A stretch of 32,000 nt of DNA from Candidatus Heimdallarchaeota archaeon. Lineage in GTDB: Archaea; Asgardarchaeota; Heimdallarchaeia; JABLTI01. The notes under the pieces are model-generated. The model was not told the DNA's origin, ran no database searches, and saw only the letters and a program-made list of their open reading frames with translations. Position numbers and translations under genes: made by a program. This document shows, piece by piece, positions 18,755 to 27,626 of the stretch (the first letter of the stretch is position 1; each line of letters begins with the position of its first letter). The stretch is taken from positions 41,068 through 73,067 of the forward strand of contig JAUWKS010000009.1 of NCBI GenBank assembly GCA_030614005.1, in the 5' to 3' direction.

Positions 18755-19471
18755 TTAGCTCCTCCTCAAGAATTTCTCAATGGATTGAAAATAGAACTTG
18801 CCATCTTCAGTTTCCCATGGACTCAGTGTGCTTTCTGCTGCTCTTTCAGGATGAGGCATTAATCCTACGACATTGCCTTCAAGGTTACAGATACCAGCGA
18901 TGTTTTCTATTGAACCATTTGGATTTGCTTCTTTTGTTAGCTCTCCGGTTTCAGTAGTATATCGCCACACGATTTGGTCGTTTTCGTTTAAATCTTTCAA
19001 TCCCTTTTTATCCAAAAAATATCGGCCTTCACCGTGAGCAATTGGGACTTTCCAGACATCTCCTTTCTTTGCTATATTCGTTGCTGCACTCCTTTCAGTC
19101 TCAACTCGTAGATTTGTCCATTTGCAACTGAAACGTAACGTCTCATTACCAATGAGAGCTCCTGGTAGAAGTTCTGATTCAACAAGTATCTGAAAACCGT
19201 TACAGATGCCTAAAACCGGCACGCCTTCTTTAGCACGTTCCTTTACTTTACCCATAACTGGTGTGAAGGCAGCAATGATTCCTGCACGCAAATGGTCTCC
19301 ATATGTGAATCCACCTGGGAGGAAGATTGCATCATATTTTTCCAAATTCTTCATTGCTTTTTCGTGCCATAAGAAATCAACATCCCATTCCATCACATTT
19401 CTCATTGCATTTACAAGGTCTCTGTCACAAGTAGAGCCTGAGAATTGGATTACTACAACATTCATTGGCAT
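18755..19471 (-). CDS. purQ: FGAM synthase glutaminase subunit PurQ
   Basis: PGGFTYGDHLRAG, GICNGFQ (catalytic Cys), PIAHGEG, NPNGS and MPHPER. Confidence 0.97.
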   Translation of the reverse strand: MPMNVVVIQFSGSTCDRDLVNAMRNVMEWDVDFLWHEKAMKNLEKYDAIFLPGGFTYGDHLRAGIIAAFTPVMGKVKERAKEGVPVLGICNGFQILVESELLPGALIGNETLRFSCKWTNLRVETERSAATNIAKKGDVWKVPIAHGEGRYFLDKKGLKDLNENDQIVWRYTTETGELTKEANPNGSIENIAGICNLEGNVVGLMPHPERAAESTLSPWETEDGKFYFQSIEKFLRRS

Positions 19472-19499
19472 AAATTTTTCACCACATATTTTACAAACA

Positions 19500-19757
19500 T
19501 CATTTTACTAATTTAATGACACACATGTGAGCTACTGGATTGTAGATTCGAAGTTCATTTACCATCTTTAAGCAAATTTCTTCTGCTGCATTCTCATCTT
19601 TAGCTTCTAAATTTACCTTCAAAATCTTGCCACTGCGAACAGATTCGACCATATCATAACCATGCTTAATCATAAGATCACGCATGATCGTTTCACCCTC
19701 GGGGTCTCGGGCATTCTTTTTCCCCTCAATAATTATTTCAACAGAAAATTTGGGCAT
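19500..19757 (-). CDS. purS: FGAM synthase subunit PurS
   Basis: DPEGETI, VRSGK, and YNPV near the C-terminus; first gene of purSQLF. ATG 19757 has GGTGG 9 nt upstream. Confidence 0.9.
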   Translation of the reverse strand: MPKFSVEIIIEGKKNARDPEGETIMRDLMIKHGYDMVESVRSGKILKVNLEAKDENAAEEICLKMVNELRIYNPVAHMCVIKLVK

Positions 19758-19893
19758 AATATGACTTACCACCTAGATCTACTATGAAATGGACTTATGT
19801 TCCCAAAGATGGGTTTAGGTTTTAAATCTTCTTTTGATGATGTTATGAAAAAAAGCCTATAGTTGAAAAAGAAAAAGGAATGGTTGAAAGAGA

Positions 19894-21252
19894 TTAGTTC
19901 TCTTTCGGTTTAACGTAGATTCCTGCGTCAGACATGACGTAAATTAGAGCATCTTTCTTATCCTTCAAAAATTCTGCAAGATAATTTCTCAAAGTTTCTT
20001 GAACAGAGACCTTTATTTCTACACCATTGATTCTGAAAATATCTTTGAGTTCTTTATGATCCATTTCAGTGATCATATCAATTTGATTATCTTTCAATAT
20101 TCGAAGAAGGTCCACTGGTTTTTGATTGCCAATTTTGAACGTTTCTTCACTACATTTATTCGCAACTACCCAAGTAAGCGCTTCATCAAGATCTTTATCC
20201 TTGATTAAAATCATAGTGTCATGATAGGCTTGATTTCCTACACCATCTTGAGCTCTCGCAAGGAGAAGAATCTTACCACCTTTTTTGGTTGCATTCCAAG
20301 CAGCATGCATTCCTTTGCCTGCTTGATATAGATTCAAACCTAACTCGCCTGTTGTGATAATAACTAGATCTGCTCCTTTTTCAACTTCTATTACTCGCAA
20401 AGGTTTGAGTAAATCTCTTGCAAGATTGTGCATAGAGATAATATCGCCAGCATTTAGTAGAACAATTTTCTTTTCGTTAAGGATTGCATCAATACAGAAA
20501 ACTGTTTTAGTCTTTTTGACAAATTCAACCATTTCTATCATATCTTGAATAACTGGATTGCCCTCTGTATTTCCTAACCTACATTCTGCTTTAAAACCAG
20601 TTTCTTTTGAAAATGCTTTTGGATGGTTTCTGCTAATAGTTTTTCTCCCAGAAATTCCTGGAAAGATTTGTTTTACTGTTCCTGCTATACCGGCAAAATA
20701 GTGATATTCAGAATCTGTCATCGCGATGACGAGACAAGCTTCAAGGGCTAATTTACTTAAGAAAATTGGTGTGTTTCGTGATGATGTGCCAATTTGAGTT
20801 ACCCCTTCATCACAATTGTGACTGACAACGTGATTCTTGTATTTCTCCCATATTTCTGGACCAAGAACGTTGTTCTTAATTTCCTCTCCTGTTCCAGGAC
20901 GGTGTGTACCGCTTGCAATAAGTATGTGCAAATCCTCTGGTGCTACTCCATAATCTATAATTTTCGGGAAAAGTAGTGGTAAAAGTATTCTAGTATGAAT
21001 ATTAGGGCGGGTATTATCATCTGTTAAAATAATAACTGGTTTACCTTTTGAGTAATTATCAGAAATGAGTTTCTTTAGAGAAGGGCTATCAATTGGATTT
21101 CCAATTACTTCAAGTAACCTTTTGTCAATATCTTCTATCTCTTTTACTGCTCCAGTAATCTCAAGATTCCGAGCATCTGTTCCTTTTGGAATAAAATAGT
21201 TAATCTCATCTTTACCGTAATCTATTGGCGTATTCATATATTCTTCAGTCAT
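19894..21252 (-). CDS. larA: LarA-family nickel-pincer-dependent racemase/epimerase
   Basis: DDNTRP, ASGTHR, HYFAG.AGTVKQIFPG, NH and YQAGKG reproduce the D/R/H/H/K/H/K residue pattern of LarA. Start uncertain (21291, 21252 or 21239). Confidence 0.88.
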   Translation of the reverse strand: MTEEYMNTPIDYGKDEINYFIPKGTDARNLEITGAVKEIEDIDKRLLEVIGNPIDSPSLKKLISDNYSKGKPVIILTDDNTRPNIHTRILLPLLFPKIIDYGVAPEDLHILIASGTHRPGTGEEIKNNVLGPEIWEKYKNHVVSHNCDEGVTQIGTSSRNTPIFLSKLALEACLVIAMTDSEYHYFAGIAGTVKQIFPGISGRKTISRNHPKAFSKETGFKAECRLGNTEGNPVIQDMIEMVEFVKKTKTVFCIDAILNEKKIVLLNAGDIISMHNLARDLLKPLRVIEVEKGADLVIITTGELGLNLYQAGKGMHAAWNATKKGGKILLLARAQDGVGNQAYHDTMILIKDKDLDEALTWVVANKCSEETFKIGNQKPVDLLRILKDNQIDMITEMDHKELKDIFRINGVEIKVSVQETLRNYLAEFLKDKKDALIYVMSDAGIYVKPKEN

Positions 21253-21393
21253 TTCAAAAACATCCAAAACGTTTGCTATTACGAGCAACAATTCTCTGAG
21301 TTAATTATTAACATTTTTGCTTAATTAAGTAATAGTTTTTGTGGAACGAAAAAGTTAATGTATGAATGATTTTTACTAGTATACTTGATTTTA

Positions 21394-21741
21394 ATGCCCT
21401 TAGAAAAATTGTGCACTACAAAAGATATCCCGGAAAATGGCGCAAGAAAATTCAATATCAGGAACTATGATATTGCTGTTTTTAATGTGAAAGGTGAATT
21501 TTACGCAATTGATCGTAAATGCACACATATGAAAGGCAACCTTGCCAAAGGCTTAGTTGAAGGCACTTCAGTGAAATGTCCCTTACATGGAGCAAAGTTT
21601 AATCTAAAAACTGGCGAGTTATTAACCCACCCAGGCACTATTGCTGGTTGGTTCAAGAAAGCAAAAAATACTATAGTGTATAAAACTAAAGTGAAAAATG
21701 AAGAACTTTATGTTGATCTTCCTCAAACTGTTGATGAGTGA
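21394..21741 (+). CDS. Rieske [2Fe-2S] ferredoxin
   Basis: CTH...CPLH ligand set plus FYAID and GAKFNLKTG. Confidence 0.92.
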   Translation: MPLEKLCTTKDIPENGARKFNIRNYDIAVFNVKGEFYAIDRKCTHMKGNLAKGLVEGTSVKCPLHGAKFNLKTGELLTHPGTIAGWFKKAKNTIVYKTKVKNEELYVDLPQTVDE

Positions 21742-21775
21742 TTTTTTGTTTTGATTTAAAATCATTCACTCATAG

Positions 21776-22132
21776 CTATTTTTCTGACCACAAACCTAAT
21801 TGGTTGCTACAGCAGTCTTCGAAAACAGCATAAAATCCAAAATTATTACCAATGTCTGTTTTTTCTCGAACGATTTTACCACCTAAATCGACAATTGTCT
21901 TTAATGTTGCATCAATATCTTCTGTTTGAATGTGCAACATTATTTCTCCTTTAGCAACTTTTTCTGATTCGTAGAATGCTCCACTAACACCTGTTTCTCC
22001 TGTTTTGAAGAAAGCATATCCGGGCATACCTGATTCAATATTAACTTCCCAAGAAAACGCTGTTTCATAGAATTTTTTCGCACTTTTAAAATTTCTAATT
22101 GGAATCTCTATATGAACGAATTTTTTTTCCAA
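21776..22132 (-). CDS. VOC/glyoxalase-superfamily protein
   Basis: FVHIEIP...AKKFYE.AFSW, GYAFF, DIDATL..I..LGG and D..SNQLGLW. TTG 22132 follows AGGTGA (GTG 22141 is an alternative start). Confidence 0.85.
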   Translation of the reverse strand: MEKKFVHIEIPIRNFKSAKKFYETAFSWEVNIESGMPGYAFFKTGETGVSGAFYESEKVAKGEIMLHIQTEDIDATLKTIVDLGGKIVREKTDIGNNFGFYAVFEDCCSNQLGLWSEK

Positions 22133-22212
22133 AAAAATCACCTTTATTGGTTTTAATTAAAGATACTGGAAGAAATAAAAAAGTCTTTCAGTTTACTTTG
22201 TGATGATTTTTC

Positions 22213-22245
22213 TTTTGAAACCATTTTTGAACCTTAAGTAAACCA
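22213..22245. repeat. Three direct repeats with 11-bp period
   Basis: TTTTGAAACCA / TTTTTGAACCT / TAAGTAAACCA, 13 bp upstream of a TATA-like TTTATAGTATAA (22259-22270). Confidence 0.45.
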
Positions 22246-22393
22246 TTGCTAGAGCTTCTTTATAGTATAATTTGTCTATAGGTATATCATAGATGAAATT
22301 GAGTTGTTCTTTTAATCAAGAGTGTACTCAATCTTCACCCGTTTGATTTCCGGAATAAAATTCGTCAATTTAAACATATAAGAGGTAAAAGAA

Positions 22394-23377
22394 ATGAAAA
22401 CAAAAATTATTATCAGTATCGCTTTCATAGCAATGATGCTTCTTCCAATATCAGCACAATTCACCAATGCTCAAGGTGATCAAATAAACGTTGATGATAA
22501 ACCCGGAATGATTACAATTACAACCGAATATATTACCTTCAAATTTACCGAAGGAAGACCTAATTTTACTTGGTGGAATGGTAATACAAGTTCTTCAGAT
22601 GAAGTGTATAATGTTCATTATATGACGATTTCTGAATATTTTGGTGATGATGAAGTTCTAGATGGTTTAAATGAGTTAATCGGTGGTTTAAGTTACAATT
22701 TACTTACCAGCGTTTGGTCTACTGATGTAGTAGAAGAAGATGAAAACGTAACAATTACTATGACTATGTCAGGTTTAGCAAATGATGTTGAATTACAATT
22801 CATAGTTCATATTTATACTTCTGATCAAGTTATAAGCGGAACGGATTCTGTTGTTGAAGGTTTGACAGAGATAAAATTTGACATTGTGGTTAAAAATTGG
22901 CAATTCTCTGAAGGTGCTCAGGGTTTGGGCATAAAAGCTCAGATTCATGAGTCACAAAGACGACACCGTGTTCGCATCAGAAGTGGATCCGAGGAAGAAA
23001 ATGGTAACAGATCCCGATTGATGAATTTCGAAAGTGAGGAATATAATAATGCTGTAGTAGCTTTCTATGAATGGACGACTTTCGCTGATATTTATAATGG
23101 CTCAGAAAAAATTGATTCAATTGACGTTGGCACTACTTATTTCAATGACGGTATGCCCGGTCCGGGTGAAGGACCAATAGGTGGAGATCAAGAAGTATAC
23201 AATCAATGGCTTACATATCCAAATTACGGCGATTCCTTAACAATGATTCACGATCCATCTGTAGGAGTGGATCCAGAAGCAATCAGTAACAACCTTTCGC
23301 TTTATATTCTCCCAATAATTGGGGGTATACTCGCACCCGTTTTAGTGGTAAGTCTAGTAAGAAGAAAAAAGCACTAA
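22394..23377 (+). CDS. Secreted/cell-surface beta-rich protein with C-terminal TM anchor
   Basis: Signal peptide MKTKIIISIAFIAMMLLPISAQFTNA, acidic beta-strand-rich body, and C-terminal TM (LYILPIIGGILAPVLVVSLV) followed by RRKKH. Confidence 0.85.
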   Translation: MKTKIIISIAFIAMMLLPISAQFTNAQGDQINVDDKPGMITITTEYITFKFTEGRPNFTWWNGNTSSSDEVYNVHYMTISEYFGDDEVLDGLNELIGGLSYNLLTSVWSTDVVEEDENVTITMTMSGLANDVELQFIVHIYTSDQVISGTDSVVEGLTEIKFDIVVKNWQFSEGAQGLGIKAQIHESQRRHRVRIRSGSEEENGNRSRLMNFESEEYNNAVVAFYEWTTFADIYNGSEKIDSIDVGTTYFNDGMPGPGEGPIGGDQEVYNQWLTYPNYGDSLTMIHDPSVGVDPEAISNNLSLYILPIIGGILAPVLVVSLVRRKKH

Positions 23378-23387
23378 GTAGAAATAT

Positions 23388-23430
23388 GTGATTTTGGGTT
23401 TAGCTCCAAAATCACTTTCTTTTTATCTTT
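23388..23430 (+). terminator. Intrinsic-type terminator
   Basis: Perfect 10-bp stem GTGATTTTGG / CCAAAATCAC followed by TTTCTTTTTATCTTT, 10 nt after the stop at 23377. Confidence 0.7.
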
Positions 23431-23496
23431 AAAGAAATAATTCTAAATAGCAATAATTAAATGTAGCATAGAATACAACTATCCTTGAGGTAATTC

Positions 23497-24627
23497 TTGA
23501 TGTATCTATTCCAGAGAAAATATGCTAAATTATTCATTTTGGTTTTAATTCCAGTTATTTTGACATCAATGATTACTGTTTATCAAATGAGTTCACTTGA
23601 TACTTCTAAGAAATATCAAATATCAAATCTTGAGTACTTGACTGATACCAACGCATTTTCCCCAAACGCAATTGAAAATGAGACATTTTTGGTTCACACT
23701 ATGGAAATTTTCGTCCAAAATGATGAGTCACTAAAAATCATTTCTACTTTTGTTTTAGCAAACAACGATACTCAACCGCTTGAATATTTTGAGTTAGAGA
23801 TTAACAAGACTATTTCATCAGTTTTTTGTTATGATCCAATTGGTTCATTGCCTTTTACCTGGAAGGTTGATCCAATTGTTGGCAATAAGATTAACATTTC
23901 AATGGGATATCCTCTGCTTCAGAATGAGCTCTATGTCTTTTCTATTTCATATGAAATTGAAGATATTATTTATCATGTTGACCAACCAGTAGAATATTTT
24001 GGGCTTGACTTTGAAACAAAGCATGTGAGAAAGACAGATCTATTTCGACTAATATTGAATCTACCACATTATAGTGCTCTTCTTGAGCAAAGTCTCCCTG
24101 CACCTGTGTTTCCAACACCAGTGGGTATTTCTTCCGAAGATAATATCTTGAGAATAACTTGGGAATCATCAAATCGCAATATTGATGATACAGATGTTTT
24201 TCTTGTTCGATATAAAATAGACTCTTCTATAAATGGAGAATCTACTCCAAACCTTCTAGCTCTTTATATTGTTCTGGCATTTATTGGTGGCATTGCACTA
24301 AGTACACTGGTATTTTTCCTTATCTATAGACTGAAATTCAAACCTGTTGAATCTGGATTAGTAAGTTCGTTATTATCAAATACTGAACAAGAAGTAATAA
24401 AGGCGATTAATGATGATAGTGGCGTTTCAACTCAAAGGCGTATTTGTGATAAAACTGGTTACTCCAAATCAAAAGTTTCTCAAATTTTAGCTAAATTGGA
24501 AGAAAAAAAAGTCCTAAAACGTGAGCGATGGGGACGAACAAATAAGGTAACAATCACTAATCCTTCCTTCAAATCTATAGGTCAAACTGAGTCATCGAAC
24601 AAACAGCAAGATAAAACCACAGAGTAA
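23497..24627 (+). CDS. Membrane-anchored winged-HTH transcriptional regulator (COG2512-like) with extracellular beta-sandwich domain
   Basis: N-terminal signal/anchor, beta-rich ectodomain, TM (LLALYIVLAFIGGIALSTLVFFLIY), then LSNTEQEVIKAI..GVSTQRRI..KTGYSKSKVSQILAKLEEKKVLKRERWGRTNKV. Confidence 0.85.
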   Translation: MMYLFQRKYAKLFILVLIPVILTSMITVYQMSSLDTSKKYQISNLEYLTDTNAFSPNAIENETFLVHTMEIFVQNDESLKIISTFVLANNDTQPLEYFELEINKTISSVFCYDPIGSLPFTWKVDPIVGNKINISMGYPLLQNELYVFSISYEIEDIIYHVDQPVEYFGLDFETKHVRKTDLFRLILNLPHYSALLEQSLPAPVFPTPVGISSEDNILRITWESSNRNIDDTDVFLVRYKIDSSINGESTPNLLALYIVLAFIGGIALSTLVFFLIYRLKFKPVESGLVSSLLSNTEQEVIKAINDDSGVSTQRRICDKTGYSKSKVSQILAKLEEKKVLKRERWGRTNKVTITNPSFKSIGQTESSNKQQDKTTE

Positions 24628-24706
24628 CATTCGATTTTAATTTTGCAACAACTTTTTTACTGGAATTTACCACTAATAATACAAACAAATTTATGGTGAA
24701 ATTTAA

Positions 24707-25483
24707 GTGACTTCAACTAAAGAAAAAAAACCAATCATTCCTGGTGCAGAACCATTTCGCCTAAAGAACAAAGGTGCTAAGGTATTATTGATTCACGGTT
24801 TTACTGCATCCCCAACAGAACTGCGACCTATAGGTGATTTTCTCCACAAAAAAGGATATGATGTTTATTCAGTTCTACTCGCAGGTCATGGAACAACACC
24901 AGAGGATTTACAAACAAAAAAGTGGGTTGATTGGTGGCAATCAGCTAAAACGGCTTTCGATGAAATTGACAATTGTGATTTTGTTTTGGGATTCTCAATG
25001 GGCGCATTATTAGCGAGTAGATTAGCTGTTGAATATCAACAACAATTGAAAGGGGTAATATTAGCATCTGCCTTTCTTCGGATTAACCCAAAAATTTTGT
25101 CAAAAGTTGCTTTCACATTTTCTGTGCTAAAATATGTTAAGCCATATTTCTCAAAAAGCGCAGAGACTGAACAATTCTTCAAAGAAAATAATTTAATTAG
25201 TTATATGAGATATCCAATGAGCGCTGTTCATGAATCTGTGAAATTATCAAAGTATACTGAGAAAAAGATTTTATCAAAAGTAACCATTCCAACATTAATC
25301 ATTCAGGGATTGAAGGACGACCGCATAGACCCTGATAATTACAAAATCCAAGATAAATTGATTCCAGCAGAAGATAAGTACATTGAACTTCTTCCAGAAT
25401 CAGAGCATATTATTACCGTGGGACCAGATACAGAGCAATTATTTGCTTCAATACTCCGTTTTCTGAAAGCTTATGAGAAATGA
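24707..25483 (+). CDS. Alpha/beta hydrolase (carboxylesterase/monoacylglycerol lipase-like)
   Basis: HGFTASP oxyanion motif, GFSMG nucleophile elbow, QGLKDDRID (Asp) and SEHII (His). GTG start with GGTGA upstream. Confidence 0.9.
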   Translation: MTSTKEKKPIIPGAEPFRLKNKGAKVLLIHGFTASPTELRPIGDFLHKKGYDVYSVLLAGHGTTPEDLQTKKWVDWWQSAKTAFDEIDNCDFVLGFSMGALLASRLAVEYQQQLKGVILASAFLRINPKILSKVAFTFSVLKYVKPYFSKSAETEQFFKENNLISYMRYPMSAVHESVKLSKYTEKKILSKVTIPTLIIQGLKDDRIDPDNYKIQDKLIPAEDKYIELLPESEHIITVGPDTEQLFASILRFLKAYEK

Positions 25484-25609
25484 GTAATCCATTTCTCCTT
25501 TCCTTTTCGAAACGAAATCATTAGAAAGACTTATGATTAATACACAGTCCATTTTTTCTCAAGTAACTCCAATGAGGAATTTTATTTTGAAAGAAAAGAC
25601 TTCAGCTGG

Positions 25610-25628
25610 TTCCGAAACTGAATCGGAA
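25610..25628. promoter_or_regulatory. Inverted repeat upstream of the probable purM start
   Basis: TTCCGA-N7-TCGGAA, 21 nt before TTG 25650. Confidence 0.35.
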
Positions 25629-25649
25629 GTCGATAATGAGGTGCAAGAT

Positions 25650-26726
25650 TTGGACGAAAAAGGTGAAACCTATTCTAAATCAGGTGTTGATATTGTTGAA
25701 GAGGGTGCGGTAATTGAAGAAATTTGGAAGATGCTCCCAAAAACATTCAATTTGAATCCAAATGTAAAGTTCTTACCCGCACTGGCTCATTATGGCGGAA
25801 TAGTTGATATTGGTATGCCAGACAAATATCTAGTTGTTGCTGTTGATGGTGTTGGGTCTAAGGTTCTTATCGCTGAAATGTTAGATAAATTCGATACTGT
25901 AGGTATTGATTGTATTGCTATGAATGTCAATGATCTAATCTGCGTTGGCGCCCAACCATTAGTTTTTGTTGATTATTATGCAATAGAAAAGCCTGACACA
26001 GAAATCGCAAAACAAATTGTAAAGGGACTTGTTGATGGTGCAATTCAATCTAGAATGGCTATCATTGGTGGAGAAACTGCTACCTTACCTGATATTATTC
26101 GAGGGTACGACGGAAAAGGGTTCGATCTCGCTGGAACAGCTGTTGGAATGGTTGATAAGGATAAGCTTGTTTTAGGTGATAAACTATCTCCTGGTGATAT
26201 TATTATTGGCATTGAAAGCAATGGATTACATTCTAATGGTTATTCATTAGCAAGAAAGGCGCTACTTGAAGATCATTCCGTGAATGATGAAGTTGATGGC
26301 ATCCATTTAGGAAAAGCATTGCTTGAACCAACACTCATTTACGTCCAAGAAATTCTCGAAATTATTGAGAAAGCAGAAATTCATGGCTTAGCAAATATTA
26401 CTGGTGGGGCATTTCTAAAATTGGCTCGATTAATGCGTCAAGCAAAAGTACCTATCGGTGTTCATCTTAATGCTATGCCAAAACCATTGCCAATATTCAA
26501 ATTAATTCAAAAATTAGGTAATATTTCTGATAAAGAAATGTATAAGACATTTAACATGGGCATAGGATTCTGTATTATAGCGCCAGAATCAGAATTTGAT
26601 ACCATTGCTGAAATTTGTCAAAAACATGGAAAGAAAACTTACAAGATTGGCAAAATTATTCCGGAAAAAAAGATTATTCTTGAGATAGCCGGTGAGACAA
26701 TAGAGTATCCAGCGGATAAATATTAA
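25650..26726 (+). CDS. purM: Phosphoribosylformylglycinamidine cyclo-ligase (AIR synthetase)
   Basis: TYSKSGVDI, DGVGSK, GIDCIAMNVNDL, GGETA, FDLAGTAVG, SNGLHSNGYSL, NITGG and TFNMGIG. TTG 25650 (GAGGTG 6 nt upstream) is preferred over ATG 25533. Confidence 0.95.
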   Translation: MDEKGETYSKSGVDIVEEGAVIEEIWKMLPKTFNLNPNVKFLPALAHYGGIVDIGMPDKYLVVAVDGVGSKVLIAEMLDKFDTVGIDCIAMNVNDLICVGAQPLVFVDYYAIEKPDTEIAKQIVKGLVDGAIQSRMAIIGGETATLPDIIRGYDGKGFDLAGTAVGMVDKDKLVLGDKLSPGDIIIGIESNGLHSNGYSLARKALLEDHSVNDEVDGIHLGKALLEPTLIYVQEILEIIEKAEIHGLANITGGAFLKLARLMRQAKVPIGVHLNAMPKPLPIFKLIQKLGNISDKEMYKTFNMGIGFCIIAPESEFDTIAEICQKHGKKTYKIGKIIPEKKIILEIAGETIEYPADKY

Positions 26727-26738
26727 TCATTGATTTAT

Positions 26739-27500
26739 TTATTTGCTCAGAAACTCTTCAATCTCTTCTTTTTTCATTGTTCCTTTGTGAAAAGCAGTTG
26801 CTATTAGAGCTCCCTCAATATTATTTTCTTTCAAAATTGCTAAATCTTGAATGCTTCTCACACCGCCACCAGCGTATACGGGAATAGCTTTAATTTGTGA
26901 GGCGATATCAATTAGATGCTGATTTAGTGGTCCAGATTGACTGCCAACTTTCTGTAATTCAAGGACAATTATCGCTTTTATCCCCAATGTTTCAGCATGT
27001 TTAGCCAGTTTTGTTGGAGAAATTTCTTTCATTCGTTCACTGTTTGCTAATAGCTTTCCATCTTGAAAGTCAACACTCAAAATAATTTTCTCAGCACCAA
27101 ATGCTTGAACTGCTTGATCGAGAACAATTGGTGAATCGATTGTTTCCGTTCCCAAAACTACGTGATCTACTCCAAGGGACAAAACATGAGTTATATCATC
27201 AATTGTTTGGCAACCACAATCAATCATAACTTTGAACTGTGGGTTTTTCACAATCTCAACGACGTGCGGGTAGTTTGGATGATCTTTAATAGAATCGGTA
27301 TCTTTTCGTTGTATTGAATCTAAATCAGCAATATAAAATAGATCTAGTTTCAATTGTCTATAGAAAGCTTCCATTACTGTTATAGGGTCACTACTATCTG
27401 TTATTACTGAATCTTTAATTGGTTGGTAATTACTACGTTGTCCACCAATTCCTTGAACCACTTTACCAGATAAAAGATCAAGTACGGGAATAATTCTCAT
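26739..27500 (-). CDS. HisA/HisF-related TIM-barrel protein (TIGR00734-like)
   Basis: MRIIPVLDL..GKVVQG..GQRSNYQPI, YIADLDSI, IDCG, VVLGTET, KVGSQSGP, GGGVRS..DL and GALIATAFH. ATG 27500 has GGTG 8 nt upstream. Confidence 0.82.
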   Translation of the reverse strand: MRIIPVLDLLSGKVVQGIGGQRSNYQPIKDSVITDSSDPITVMEAFYRQLKLDLFYIADLDSIQRKDTDSIKDHPNYPHVVEIVKNPQFKVMIDCGCQTIDDITHVLSLGVDHVVLGTETIDSPIVLDQAVQAFGAEKIILSVDFQDGKLLANSERMKEISPTKLAKHAETLGIKAIIVLELQKVGSQSGPLNQHLIDIASQIKAIPVYAGGGVRSIQDLAILKENNIEGALIATAFHKGTMKKEEIEEFLSK

Positions 27501-27626
27501 AGTTAAAACACCACTAATTATGGATAAATAAACTTTCGCCCTCAGCAACGAGAAAAAAAGTTTTTATAAATGAGTGAGTGTGCTATTAATTACAACTGAT
27601 AAAGCATAAGGAGAAAAAAAGAAAGA

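Noticed and set aside
25533-25649. Acidic 39-aa N-terminal extension of PurM as a novel domain
   Set aside because: It is more simply explained by a downstream TTG start with a good ribosome-binding motif.
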